Positions 10,254-20,163 of a stretch of 64,000 nucleotides of DNA are shown in pieces (within the stretch, counting starts at the first letter, position 1; each line of letters begins with the position of its first letter). The notes beneath the pieces were generated by a model. It searched no databases. It was not told the origin of the DNA and worked only from the letters and a program-made list of their open reading frames with translations. The stretch spans positions 1 to 64,000 of the forward strand of contig JAHPZA010000007.1 in assembly GCA_019058445.1 (NCBI GenBank), given 5' to 3'. The translations under genes and the position numbers were made by a program. The DNA is from Promethearchaeota archaeon. Its GTDB lineage: Archaea > Asgardarchaeota > Lokiarchaeia > Sigyniarchaeales > SOKP01.

Positions 10254-11213
10254 TTATGCTTTAAATTCTTTTTTATAAGTACAATACAAGCAAATTTTAG
10301 TATTACCACAGGGATATCCGCAAACTTCACAAGAATTATAATATTTTTGTTCATGCTGGTGATAAAGGAGTTCTGATATCTCTAAAAATCCATTGAAAAG
10401 ATTAAATTCAATTTCTGGACTGTATTTTTTACAATCTTGGATAAAATCTAACACTCTTTTTCGTAGTATCGGATCTTTTTCCCTGTATGGACAATGAGAA
10501 GGATAGTGATTAAGATTTTTCAAATTTGAATATAAAAAGATTTCCTCTTCGGGAATTCTCATCAATGGTGAAATTCTTTTTATAAAGAATTTGTGAACGT
10601 TATTATCTGCCCGTTTAAAGATGTATTGATTTGAAAGTAAGTGAAATCTTTTAAATAATATATTCATTAGAAAAGTTTCAGCAATATCGGTTAGATTGTG
10701 TCCCATAGCAAGAACATCAGCACCCAAGTCTTTAGCACCATCATTTAGTAGTCGCCTTCTCAGTGTAGCGCAATAATTACAGGCATTTTGGTAATTATCT
10801 GTATTCTTTTTGAGAGAGACAATCTCATCTAATGGTTTTCCTATTTTCTCCCTAAAAGTAATAATTTTATGCTTTACTCCATATTTTTTACAGAAATCAC
10901 GAGCAGATTTAATGCTTCTGTTTCTATAATTCGCTATTCCCTCATCGATAGATAAGGCTATGAGAGGTTTTGATTGATAGTTTTGTTCTTGTATTTTTAT
11001 AAGATTATAAAGGAGAGTTAAAGAATCTTTTCCCCCTGATATAGCAACAACAATGTTATCCCGGGGATTTAGCATTTGATATTTAGAGATGGTTTTATTG
11101 ATATTTTTCTCTATACTGTTAACAAAACAATCTTTACAGAGGAATTCACCTGAATATTTTCTATGTATCACTAATGCGTCTTTATGGCAATATGTACAGT
11201 TTCCAATCTGCAT
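10254..11213 (-). CDS. tRNA 2-thiolation protein (TtuA/Ncs6 family)
   Basis: SGGKDS PP-loop, central CxxC, N- and C-terminal zinc fingers; start moved to the ATG of MQIGNC. Confidence 0.88.
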   Translation of the reverse strand: MQIGNCTYCHKDALVIHRKYSGEFLCKDCFVNSIEKNINKTISKYQMLNPRDNIVVAISGGKDSLTLLYNLIKIQEQNYQSKPLIALSIDEGIANYRNRSIKSARDFCKKYGVKHKIITFREKIGKPLDEIVSLKKNTDNYQNACNYCATLRRRLLNDGAKDLGADVLAMGHNLTDIAETFLMNILFKRFHLLSNQYIFKRADNNVHKFFIKRISPLMRIPEEEIFLYSNLKNLNHYPSHCPYREKDPILRKRVLDFIQDCKKYSPEIEFNLFNGFLEISELLYHQHEQKYYNSCEVCGYPCGNTKICLYCTYKKEFKA

Positions 11214-11268
11214 ATACAAGTTATAGCCATAATTTATATCGTTAATACAAATCACATCATATTTTCTT

Positions 11269-13095
11269 TCAGATCCAAAAGGTAACAGCGCCTAATAAGA
11301 AAAACGATAAAATAAAATTCGCGGCAATTATAACCAGTGCAATAATTCGAATAGTATTTAAAATCATTTTTTTCTGTCGCTTCTTCTCATCGTGCAGATA
11401 TTCATATGATACTTCAATAAGGGAATTATCTGGCAAGGTTGTTTCTTCAGGAAAATCGAAAGCAACAGTTGACTTAAATCCATCTCCAATGGTATCTTTA
11501 AGGGAGTATTTATTTTCACTTACTTGAATTTCACTCTGACCTTCAATTCCCAATCTGGTTTTAGATTGATCTTTCATAATGATCTTTATAGAATCTACTT
11601 TTTCAACGCGATATTCTGATAAGGGATAATCATTTTCTCCTTTTTTATACCAAATTCTCTCTTTCTTTTTTCTTGTCTTTATATATTTTTCTCCTACACC
11701 CCACTTTACAAGTTCCTTCACAACGCGATCTCCATCGAAGATAGGAAGAGGCATCATATTAAAAATAGTAATACTAAAAGCTATTATCCATAACCATATG
11801 AGTTCTCTTATTAAAAAATCAGGAAAACTACCCCCAAGCAGTTTTGACAGATCATTTTTCGGCATCCAGTATAATTTTGTTAAAATTCCAATTCTAACTC
11901 CATCAAGCTCAACATCTAAATAATAGTTCTTTCCATCCTTTGAAGTCAGCTTCATTTTAGTTAAGTTGTAGTGTGTTAAATATTTTTCAAGAGTTTTTCC
12001 TTTTCCCACATTGATATAAGATCCGTTAATTTTTGTAATTATTAATCCTTCCTCCAATTTTTCATTGTAATTATTTCCACCCTCTTCTTTTGAATAAATA
12101 TAGGTAATTTTTAATTCTGTGTCAGATGCATATTCATATAAAAAACCTATGTTATAACGTGGTCCTAAATTGATATCTTTTTCTTCATATTTTCCTGTTC
12201 TTGGTCGATATATCTTTAAAGTCAACTCATCTCCAACTGAAACTTTTATTCGATGCGTATGATTTTCTAAAACTGTATTAAGTGTCCTATATCTATCAAA
12301 ATTATAAAAATCCTCGTGCGATCCTTTTTTCTTTACAGCCCTAATTACATCTCCGGGATCTAAATTTCCCTCATTAAAACCCCCCTGTTCCTCTGTTAAC
12401 ACAGTATCAACTTGATAGAGCTGTGGACCATAAAATGGAGAAATAAGAAAAGAAAAATTTAAGATTAATAAAAACGCGATTCCCGCTGTAGTTGCATTTA
12501 CAAAAGTACCGGCTGAAGCAATTCTTAAGCGGGTATTCCTATGAAATTTTGATGAGTTTAATTCTCTTTCATTAACTTCGACGAACGCACCTAATCCTAT
12601 CAAATAAAAAAATCCAGCTCCGAGTACTCCAGTCGATTTTACTTCTACTCCATCTGTACTTGCAGCGATTCCGTGTGCAAATTCATGTGTTGTCATGACA
12701 AATAAAATGGGTATGATAAGATACATAAATATTGGTAAACTTACCGTTACGCCGGGAATTAGAGGTGTAACCGCATTTTCTATTCTTGGATTTGTGATTA
12801 AGTTTATAAGATTAATAAAAAAGAAGAAAAATGCAAAAATTGTGAACCCAAAAGAGATGAATATTCCAATGGTCCAGAAAATTCGCCAAAATCTTGGCGC
12901 TTTTTTCGATATTTTTAAAATAAAATTATTTAATTTTTTAGTTTTAAATAAAGCTAATAAAGGGAAGAAAACAATAGCAGCATCTTTTTTCTTTCTTAAC
13001 AAATATGATGAAAGCCCCACAATTCCCCAAAAAACCATGGAAAGGAGAAACCACGGATTTAAAAAAATATCTATTATTAAATCAGATAAAGTCAT
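11269..13095 (-). CDS. Site-2 protease (M50) with PDZ-like insert
   Basis: HEFAH and NMMPLPIFDG motifs, multiple TM helices. Confidence 0.92.
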   Translation of the reverse strand: MTLSDLIIDIFLNPWFLLSMVFWGIVGLSSYLLRKKKDAAIVFFPLLALFKTKKLNNFILKISKKAPRFWRIFWTIGIFISFGFTIFAFFFFFINLINLITNPRIENAVTPLIPGVTVSLPIFMYLIIPILFVMTTHEFAHGIAASTDGVEVKSTGVLGAGFFYLIGLGAFVEVNERELNSSKFHRNTRLRIASAGTFVNATTAGIAFLLILNFSFLISPFYGPQLYQVDTVLTEEQGGFNEGNLDPGDVIRAVKKKGSHEDFYNFDRYRTLNTVLENHTHRIKVSVGDELTLKIYRPRTGKYEEKDINLGPRYNIGFLYEYASDTELKITYIYSKEEGGNNYNEKLEEGLIITKINGSYINVGKGKTLEKYLTHYNLTKMKLTSKDGKNYYLDVELDGVRIGILTKLYWMPKNDLSKLLGGSFPDFLIRELIWLWIIAFSITIFNMMPLPIFDGDRVVKELVKWGVGEKYIKTRKKKERIWYKKGENDYPLSEYRVEKVDSIKIIMKDQSKTRLGIEGQSEIQVSENKYSLKDTIGDGFKSTVAFDFPEETTLPDNSLIEVSYEYLHDEKKRQKKMILNTIRIIALVIIAANFILSFFLLGAVTFWI

Positions 13096-13210
13096 TGAGC
13101 AACTATTAATCTTATTTGGTAAGGGAAATTATGAATGAAAATTAAGGTTATCGATTTCAATATAAAATAGAGAGTAATTAAAACAATTGGTTTGGACTAG
13201 ATCACCATTA

Positions 13211-14017
13211 TCATGAAATGATTTTATTCCGCTTTAATACCCAATTATCGATTAAAAATTTCTGTGCCAAATTTTGCTTTGGAATATATGGACGATGAAT
13301 TGTTGATTTAGGAATCCAAATTTTCTTTCCACTATTAAAATCTATTAACAGAGCTTTATGCGTTTCTCCAGAAATAGTTCCATCAATGTTAATCACATCA
13401 TTTACTAAATTCGTATTAGAAGATGATTTTGGGTCAACAATATTATCTTGTTTAAGAGGAGGAGCGATCGTCTCTGCTACGGTGTTTTGTGGTTGACTGT
13501 TTTGATAAAGTGGATTATAGAATTCATCATAGTTTTTTCCATTATGGGAAAGATAATTGATATCTTTAGGAGTATGTGAATCAGTCTTTCCTTTACTCAC
13601 ATTTTCATGTGGAGAAGAAGTCGCATATTTAATTTTTTCATCTAAAATATGGGTTAACAACAGTCTTAATAGTTCTGCCTGAGGAGAATTTATCATCTTT
13701 GAATATTTATCAATTTTTATCCATAAAGTTTTAGCTTTTTCATCCTCCCATCCAAAAGAAATAGATGTTTTATTATCTTTATATGTATGAAAACTCTGCC
13801 AATTAAGCGTTTTACGGTTCAATACATTAAGAATCATTATTATCTCCTCTAAAGAACACTTAATCACTTTCCCTTCCCCCGCAGATGATTTTTCCCAGAT
13901 TCCATCACTTTTCCTTTTGATACATCTTATAAATAAAAAAGCATCTGATTTAGAGGAGCTATTTATGATTAATCCCGTATTTTGGCCAAAAAAACTCTGA
14001 GAATGCTGATCTGCCAT
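13211..14017 (-). CDS. Hypothetical protein, possibly nucleic-acid binding
   Basis: Long ORF; C-terminal ETHKALL...WIPKS domain after a low-complexity linker. Confidence 0.6.
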   Translation of the reverse strand: MADQHSQSFFGQNTGLIINSSSKSDAFLFIRCIKRKSDGIWEKSSAGEGKVIKCSLEEIIMILNVLNRKTLNWQSFHTYKDNKTSISFGWEDEKAKTLWIKIDKYSKMINSPQAELLRLLLTHILDEKIKYATSSPHENVSKGKTDSHTPKDINYLSHNGKNYDEFYNPLYQNSQPQNTVAETIAPPLKQDNIVDPKSSSNTNLVNDVINIDGTISGETHKALLIDFNSGKKIWIPKSTIHRPYIPKQNLAQKFLIDNWVLKRNKIIS

Positions 14018-14170
14018 TTTAGATATATACTCCCATTTTTTATTATTCTATACCCAATCTTTCTACATAAATTAATAAACGCCACTAAAAAAGGGAAAAC
14101 ATTAAATTATTGGAATATTATTATGATTCATAAATCATTATACTATCTCATTGGAACAAAATTTACCCTT

Positions 14171-14341
14171 AGCGGGGTGGGCTAGCCTGGTTTATGCCGC
14201 AGGGCTCATAAATGGAAAAAAAGATTTCCACTTAAGAAACCCTGAGATCGTTCGTTCAACATGGAAATACGGGACGGGATTTCCTGCTGGATAAAGTATC
14301 CGCTGAATTCCAGCGTTATGGATCTCGAACCCCCGCTACCA
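14171..14341 (+). tRNA. Initiator tRNA-Met(CAT) with two introns (37/38: 14211-14238; 59/60: 14261-14324), CCA encoded
   Basis: A1:U72, three G-C pairs in the anticodon stem, BHB-like junctions (TTCA/TGGA for the T-loop intron). Confidence 0.93.
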
Positions 14342-14473
14342 TTTTCCTTCTTTATTACAACTTTTTATTACTAGATACTAAATTATATGAGATAAAATAT
14401 GGAAAATAGATGGTATTTGTAGGTATTTATATCTTAATAGATAGTTCTATATTAATAAATATTTTATAAACAT

Positions 14474-15232
14474 ATGTTGATCTCTATGAATGAAATACAA
14501 AGTTTTAAAAGATTCCCCTCAGTGTGTTGTTGGATAAAACATATTTTAGAGGGACAATATGTAAGTAATGATAATTCATATGTAACGATATTTGGGAAAG
14601 TTAAAAGAGTACGGATTGTGGCAACCATTATAGACAAGCGAGAGATTATTAGTACTCAAGATAGGGAAGATACGGATTCATTAGAAGAAGAGGAAGATGT
14701 TAAATTAAATTTGGAATTTAAGTTAGATGATGGTACAGGTTTGATTCGGGCAATTCTGTTTCAGGTAAATCCAGATCAATATACTGATTTTGTTAAAGGA
14801 GATATTATAGATATTGTTGGAAGAATTGGAGAATGGAATGGGGTACCTCAAATTTATCCTGAAATCATTAAGAAAGTACGAGAACCGGATTTAATATTAT
14901 TAAGAAACGCAGAAATTTTAAAAGAGATTAAATTTGGAGAAACACAACAAATACCAGTAAAAATCAAGGAGGTTTCTGAGATTGATATATCTTCTGATGA
15001 AATTGATATAAATGAATTATTTGAAAATGAAAACGGTTCCGAGTCTGACGAGGTGAAAGAGAAAATCTATTCCATAATCAAAAAATATACTAAAGAGGGG
15101 AAGGGGATAAAGTTTGAAGAATTAAGAAACAGAGTAGAACTTTCTGAAGAAGAATTTAAGAATTATATTACAGATTTAGAGATGGAATCAAAAATTTATC
15201 AATCCGAAGAAGGGATTTATCAGAGTTATTAA
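14474..15232 (+). CDS. RPA32-like OB-fold plus winged-helix ssDNA-binding protein
   Basis: RVRIVA..., LDDGTG.I OB motif, C-terminal wHTH. Confidence 0.8.
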   Translation: MLISMNEIQSFKRFPSVCCWIKHILEGQYVSNDNSYVTIFGKVKRVRIVATIIDKREIISTQDREDTDSLEEEEDVKLNLEFKLDDGTGLIRAILFQVNPDQYTDFVKGDIIDIVGRIGEWNGVPQIYPEIIKKVREPDLILLRNAEILKEIKFGETQQIPVKIKEVSEIDISSDEIDINELFENENGSESDEVKEKIYSIIKKYTKEGKGIKFEELRNRVELSEEEFKNYITDLEMESKIYQSEEGIYQSY

Positions 15233-15332
15233 TTTCCCTCCTAAAATTTTTTCTTTAAAAATCGTAAAAATATTATTCTAAGGAAGCATTATTATTAACT
15301 AATATTATTAATTATAGAAAAAAAAGATATTC

Positions 15333-15746
15333 ATGGATTTACACGATTATAATAAGTTATTGGATAGAGCATACGAAAAAATACCTGAAAATGCCAAACA
15401 ATCTAGTAGATTTGAAATCCCAACAGTCCAATTAAGGATTGAAAGTAAAAATACGTTTATTACCAATTTTAACAAAATCATAAACACCCTTAATAGAGAT
15501 GCCCGACATTTTTTAGGGATTTTTCTAAAAACAGCTGGAACAATGGGTGAAATACGAGGACAACAATTATTCTTAAAAGGAATTTATAAAGAACAAGTCC
15601 TCAATCGGTTAATTGAAAGTTATACTAAAGCTTATGTTTTATGTGATGTGTGTAATAAACCTGATACTCAAATTCAAAGGGAAGCAAAGAAATTATTTCT
15701 TAAATGTGGAGCATGTGGTGCACGAAGAGTAATTAAAGAAAAATAG
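15333..15746 (+). CDS. eif2b: Translation initiation factor aIF2 beta
   Basis: YxxLLDRA, RFEIP, CxxCxxPDT...CxACGA. Confidence 0.95.
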   Translation: MDLHDYNKLLDRAYEKIPENAKQSSRFEIPTVQLRIESKNTFITNFNKIINTLNRDARHFLGIFLKTAGTMGEIRGQQLFLKGIYKEQVLNRLIESYTKAYVLCDVCNKPDTQIQREAKKLFLKCGACGARRVIKEK

Positions 15747-15779
15747 CTAATTCTTAACACGATAAATAGAAATTAAATT

Positions 15780-16076
15780 ATGAAAGTTTTCCTTAAGATT
15801 CATTATAAAAATGAAATTGAAACTGTAGCTTGTTGCGATGAAGGATTACTCGAACAAGTTTTTACCGAAGGTAATCTAAAGATTAAAATAACTAACCAGT
15901 TTTTTGGTGGGACGTTAATTAGCGTGGAGGAAGCAATTGAAATCTTAAAACAAGCATCCTATTTTAATATTGTGGGAAAAAATATTGTAAACAAAGCTGT
16001 TAGCTGCAAAATTCTCCCAATAGAAGGTGTGCGCTCTATCAATGGTGTTCCCATGGCAATGAAGATGATGTTTTAA
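15780..16076 (+). CDS. DUF424 family protein
   Basis: ACCD..LL, FFGG, NIVG, I.GVP; conserved position after aIF2b. Confidence 0.85.
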   Translation: MKVFLKIHYKNEIETVACCDEGLLEQVFTEGNLKIKITNQFFGGTLISVEEAIEILKQASYFNIVGKNIVNKAVSCKILPIEGVRSINGVPMAMKMMF

Positions 16077-16990
16077 TGTCTCGTAGGTTTTGTGCGATTT
16101 GTGGGAAAGATATCGATGATACCGCACCTCATGTTGGAATGTGCATGACCTGCTATGCAAAAGAGCATCCCTTGTTTGAATTACCAGAAAAATTTACAAT
16201 TAAAATCTGTATTGATTGTGGGAAGTATACCATAAAGGATGAGTGGGTAGAATCTCAAGAGAAAGAGATTTTTCTTATTGTTGAGAATGCCGTACGCAAG
16301 TTCTTATTAAAACCACATTCAAAAAATAACAAAATCAGATTTTCAATCACTTTTGATAAAAAGAGTCTCCTTTATTCATCAAAAGACTTGTTAAAATCAA
16401 TGACATTAGCAGTTGATGGTATGTTGATAGATAATGTAGCATTACAATACCAAAAGAAGATAAAAATAAATTTAGAATATGATTTATGTAAAAACTGTTC
16501 AAATATACGGGGTGGTACTTACTATTTATCAATAATTCAACTAAGGGTAAAAGATGAGACCCATTTTGATCTAATCGCGGAGGTTCTTGAAAACATACAT
16601 AATTACGTGGAGAAACTATTTGAGAAAGATCCTAGGCAATACATAACGAAAATTGAGGATCAAAAATATGGGGTTGATTTGTATTTGAGTACTAATGAGC
16701 TAATGAATTATATAATTACGCATCTACGGGCTAATTATCATTTTATATTAAAAAGATCAAAAAAATTAGTAGGGCGTGACTCTCAGAAAGGAAGAAACTT
16801 GTATAGATTTAAATCCTTGATTAAATTTTTACCGATCCATAAAAATGATATAATTCTCATTGGAAAAAAAAAGTATTATATTGAATCAATTTCAAAAAGT
16901 AAAGTCCTCTTAAAAACACACCAAGGAGATAAATTGATAAAAGAATATTCTTATTTTTTCAATGAAAAACTTACTATCAAAAGAGCATAG
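16076..16990 (+). CDS. nmd3: NMD3 ribosome biogenesis protein
   Basis: Four CxxC pairs, YY.SIIQLR, GVDLY. Confidence 0.9.
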   Translation: MSRRFCAICGKDIDDTAPHVGMCMTCYAKEHPLFELPEKFTIKICIDCGKYTIKDEWVESQEKEIFLIVENAVRKFLLKPHSKNNKIRFSITFDKKSLLYSSKDLLKSMTLAVDGMLIDNVALQYQKKIKINLEYDLCKNCSNIRGGTYYLSIIQLRVKDETHFDLIAEVLENIHNYVEKLFEKDPRQYITKIEDQKYGVDLYLSTNELMNYIITHLRANYHFILKRSKKLVGRDSQKGRNLYRFKSLIKFLPIHKNDIILIGKKKYYIESISKSKVLLKTHQGDKLIKEYSYFFNEKLTIKRA

Positions 16991-17001
16991 AGGTCCAAAA
17001 A

Positions 17002-17850
17002 ATGGTAAAAGAGATTAATGATGTAGATGAGGATTTAGATGAGGATTTTGAAAGCGCTATAGATGATAATATGAATTCAAGTATAGATGAGCTTGAAAAG
17101 AAAAGCATTGATTCAAAACGAATTAAAAAAATCGATCAATCGAAAAAACGAGCAGTCATAGAATCAGTTTTTGATGAGCGTACAGTCTTTTTATTAAATA
17201 AGTTACTAGTAAATGGTCCTTTAGAAAGAGTTGAGGGGGTAATTTCAGCGGGGAAAGAAGCAAATGTCTATCTTGCATATGATCATAATGGTAACGAGGT
17301 AGCGATTAAAATATATAAAATTGATAGTAATACTTCAAAATGGATGAGAAACTATATTATTGGAGATCCACGATTTAAAAAAATTCCCCATAATGTTTCA
17401 AAAATCATATTTTTATGGGCCAGTAAAGAATTTAAAAATCTTCAGAGAGCTTATAAAGCGGGTTTAAGAGTACCAAAACCAATATATATTAAAAATAACC
17501 TTCTCTTGATGGAATATATCGGATTTGGGCCTATTCCCGCCCCATTATTGAAGGATATAAAAGACCCAGTTAATCTTGAGGAGATATATAATGAAATATT
17601 GCAATTTATCAAGATATTATATCAAAGGGCGAAATTAGTACATGGGGATCTTTCAGAATTTAATATTTTATATCATAACCAAAGACCCGTAGTAATTGAT
17701 ATTTCTCAAGCAGTTTCCACTCAACATCCTAAAGCAGAAATTTATTTAACGAGAGATATTAAAAATATTTTTCATTATTTTGAGAAACAAGGAGTTTCTA
17801 TTTTAGACCCAAAAACATTTTATTATGATGTTATAGAATTGGATAAATAA
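17002..17850 (+). CDS. rio1: RIO1 kinase
   Basis: SAGKEANVY, AIKIY, LVHGDLSEFN, IDISQ. Confidence 0.95.
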   Translation: MVKEINDVDEDLDEDFESAIDDNMNSSIDELEKKSIDSKRIKKIDQSKKRAVIESVFDERTVFLLNKLLVNGPLERVEGVISAGKEANVYLAYDHNGNEVAIKIYKIDSNTSKWMRNYIIGDPRFKKIPHNVSKIIFLWASKEFKNLQRAYKAGLRVPKPIYIKNNLLLMEYIGFGPIPAPLLKDIKDPVNLEEIYNEILQFIKILYQRAKLVHGDLSEFNILYHNQRPVVIDISQAVSTQHPKAEIYLTRDIKNIFHYFEKQGVSILDPKTFYYDVIELDK

Positions 17851-17898
17851 AAAAACAACCAATCATTAATGAATATACTCATAATTTAGGTTAAACTT

Positions 17899-18456
17899 AT
17901 GAAAATTTCTAAAGCGCGTATAGCAGTAGTGATTGGGAAGGGAGGAGAGATAAAAAGAGATATTGAACAGAAATTAGGCGTGAAAATTAATTTAGACAGT
18001 AATACGGGCGATTGTGAGATACAGCTAGAGCAAAGTAGTGCAGAAAACAATCCTTTAAATGTTTTTATCGCCGAAAAAATAGTGAATGCGATTAATAGGG
18101 GATTTAACCCAAATAAAGCATTGAAGCTAGTGGAAGAAACATACGATCTTGAGATTTTTAATCTTTTATCCATTTTAGGTAAATCTGAAAAGAGAATAAA
18201 ACATGTAAAGGGCCGAATTATTGGGAGAAACGGAGAGATGCGTAAAGCGATAGAGAAGTATGCTGAGTCCTTTATTTCAGTGTATGGAAAAACCATATCT
18301 ATTATTGCAGAATTTTCCAACTTACAAATCGCAAGAAAAGCTGTAAGCATGTTAATCAATGGCATGCCACATCATGTAGTATTAAAATTTTTAGAAAACA
18401 AATATAATCAAAAGAAAAAGGAAGAATTTCGCAAATTATATAAACCAGAATTTTAA
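17899..18456 (+). CDS. Dim2/Pno1 KH-domain rRNA processing protein
   Basis: VIGKGG and GRIIGRNG KH motifs; follows rio1. Confidence 0.9.
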   Translation: MKISKARIAVVIGKGGEIKRDIEQKLGVKINLDSNTGDCEIQLEQSSAENNPLNVFIAEKIVNAINRGFNPNKALKLVEETYDLEIFNLLSILGKSEKRIKHVKGRIIGRNGEMRKAIEKYAESFISVYGKTISIIAEFSNLQIARKAVSMLINGMPHHVVLKFLENKYNQKKKEEFRKLYKPEF

Positions 18457-18459
18457 ACC

Positions 18460-18828
18460 TTATTTTGAACCTTTTTTAAAATAGTTTTCTGAAGTATATC
18501 TCATAATATCCTTACCATAAATGATATCTTTTAATTCTTTAATTAATTTCTCGATGGTATCAAGATTTTTAACAGAATACAATTCATTAATTTCTTCCTT
18601 TTGATTATACTTCAAATTTACTTCAAAGCTTTTAATAGAGAAAAAGTCAGACTCATATGATTTAAAAATTACAATCCTTCGAGGATAGAGATTTTTTTCA
18701 TCTAAGTATATTGCAAAACCCTCAATAAAATACTCAACACTTATCGAAAAAAGCTCGTTAAAAGTATGAATCTTTGTTAAAACGGCCTCAATTTCGGCCT
18801 GAGTTTTGGGAGAATACTTATGTTCCAT
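18460..18828 (-). CDS. Hypothetical protein
   Basis: ATG-started ORF in a gap, plausible composition. Confidence 0.65.
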   Translation of the reverse strand: MEHKYSPKTQAEIEAVLTKIHTFNELFSISVEYFIEGFAIYLDEKNLYPRRIVIFKSYESDFFSIKSFEVNLKYNQKEEINELYSVKNLDTIEKLIKELKDIIYGKDIMRYTSENYFKKGSK

Positions 18829-19167
18829 ATATGTTTATTGAAAAAAGGTATATTAAAAGGGCTAAAATTTTTGATTATTTAAAGATCATTTCTTCAATCT
18901 TAAATATAATGCTCCTTCCTCTGGAAACCCTTCAAATTCTGCATTTCATATCCATAAAATATTTTATTTTTCTTTTATTGATATGTTCGATTTTTTTTTG
19001 GTACTCTTGTAATGTTGGATGCTTCTAAAGGTTTAAAGTTCTTATGTAATAATAACCTAGTTTATAGTTCATAAAAAAGATTTTAAAAATAAAATAAAAA
19101 GATTATAGTTTATAAAATTAGAGTTAAAAATAATAGTAATTAACCTTTATTTACAAAGTGCTCGATT

Positions 19168-20001
19168 ATGGAAAAAAAAACTTCTTATAAATTGGTTATT
19201 ATTGGTCTAACTATTTTTGGTGTAACCTCTCTATTATCGTTATTTATCTATTATATGCCATATTTTATGAAAACATTCGAAATTGAGTTTGCAGAGATTT
19301 TATTTATGCTGTTTATTTTTACTATTTGCATCATGTCTTTGATGGCCGTCTATACGTTTAGACAATGGTTCAAACAAGAAGAGGTGTTTATTTCAGACAT
19401 CCCCTCACGGTTCGGTTTCCTTTTTCTATTCTTTACGTTCGGTAAAGCTTTTGACCTCCTATGGTATTACGTTTATTTTGAACTCAATAAAGTGGAATTA
19501 TTAATCTTGTTGAAAATAAGATTCTATATCATAATTTTTATGATCCTACCTATAATTTCTCTTAGTATTGAGTTAATTTTATATTATTTATCTCTTAAAG
19601 AGAATTTTAGTGAAAGATTAGGAAATAGAAAGCACAGAGAAAAATTAGGATATAGAATTACGTTTGTTATTACTGCCGTTGAAGTTTTCGTGGTAACTAT
19701 TACTCCCGACACACTAACATTATCATCTATCGTATTACCTATTTTAGGATTTGTATCGCTCACTATTATAATCTGGATGTTTTATTTTGCTTATAAACAA
19801 AAAGCATTAAAGAACGCTGATCCGTTGATACTCACAATCGGGTTTATCGGGCTTCTGGCAGCTCAAATCATTAGGGGTGTTGGAAGGGTACTTATCGGAG
19901 AATGGGCAACCGCATCACAGGGAATGCTATATGGTATTATTATGGAAACGATTAGTCTGATTGTGTTCATAGTAATTTTCATTGGATTTGTGAAAAAATA
20001 G
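19168..20001 (+). CDS. Polytopic membrane protein (about 7-8 TM)
   Basis: Alternating hydrophobic segments. Confidence 0.75.
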   Translation: MEKKTSYKLVIIGLTIFGVTSLLSLFIYYMPYFMKTFEIEFAEILFMLFIFTICIMSLMAVYTFRQWFKQEEVFISDIPSRFGFLFLFFTFGKAFDLLWYYVYFELNKVELLILLKIRFYIIIFMILPIISLSIELILYYLSLKENFSERLGNRKHREKLGYRITFVITAVEVFVVTITPDTLTLSSIVLPILGFVSLTIIIWMFYFAYKQKALKNADPLILTIGFIGLLAAQIIRGVGRVLIGEWATASQGMLYGIIMETISLIVFIVIFIGFVKK

Positions 20002-20163
20002 AATCAATAATGATTAAATCTCCAATTTTTTTTATTAATCTTTATAGGATTTAGACAAAAAATGCTTAAATAAGATTAGAGGATTATTTAGTTGTTGGTA
20101 TTCTAAAACTTTTTTCTTTAAATAAAAATGTAATAGGAGACTTATTAAAAATATAAAATAACG

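Noticed and set aside
18880-19060. Coding-like stretch on the minus strand with a CxxU-looking TGA
   Set aside because: Stops in all frames and no SECIS seen; at most a gene remnant
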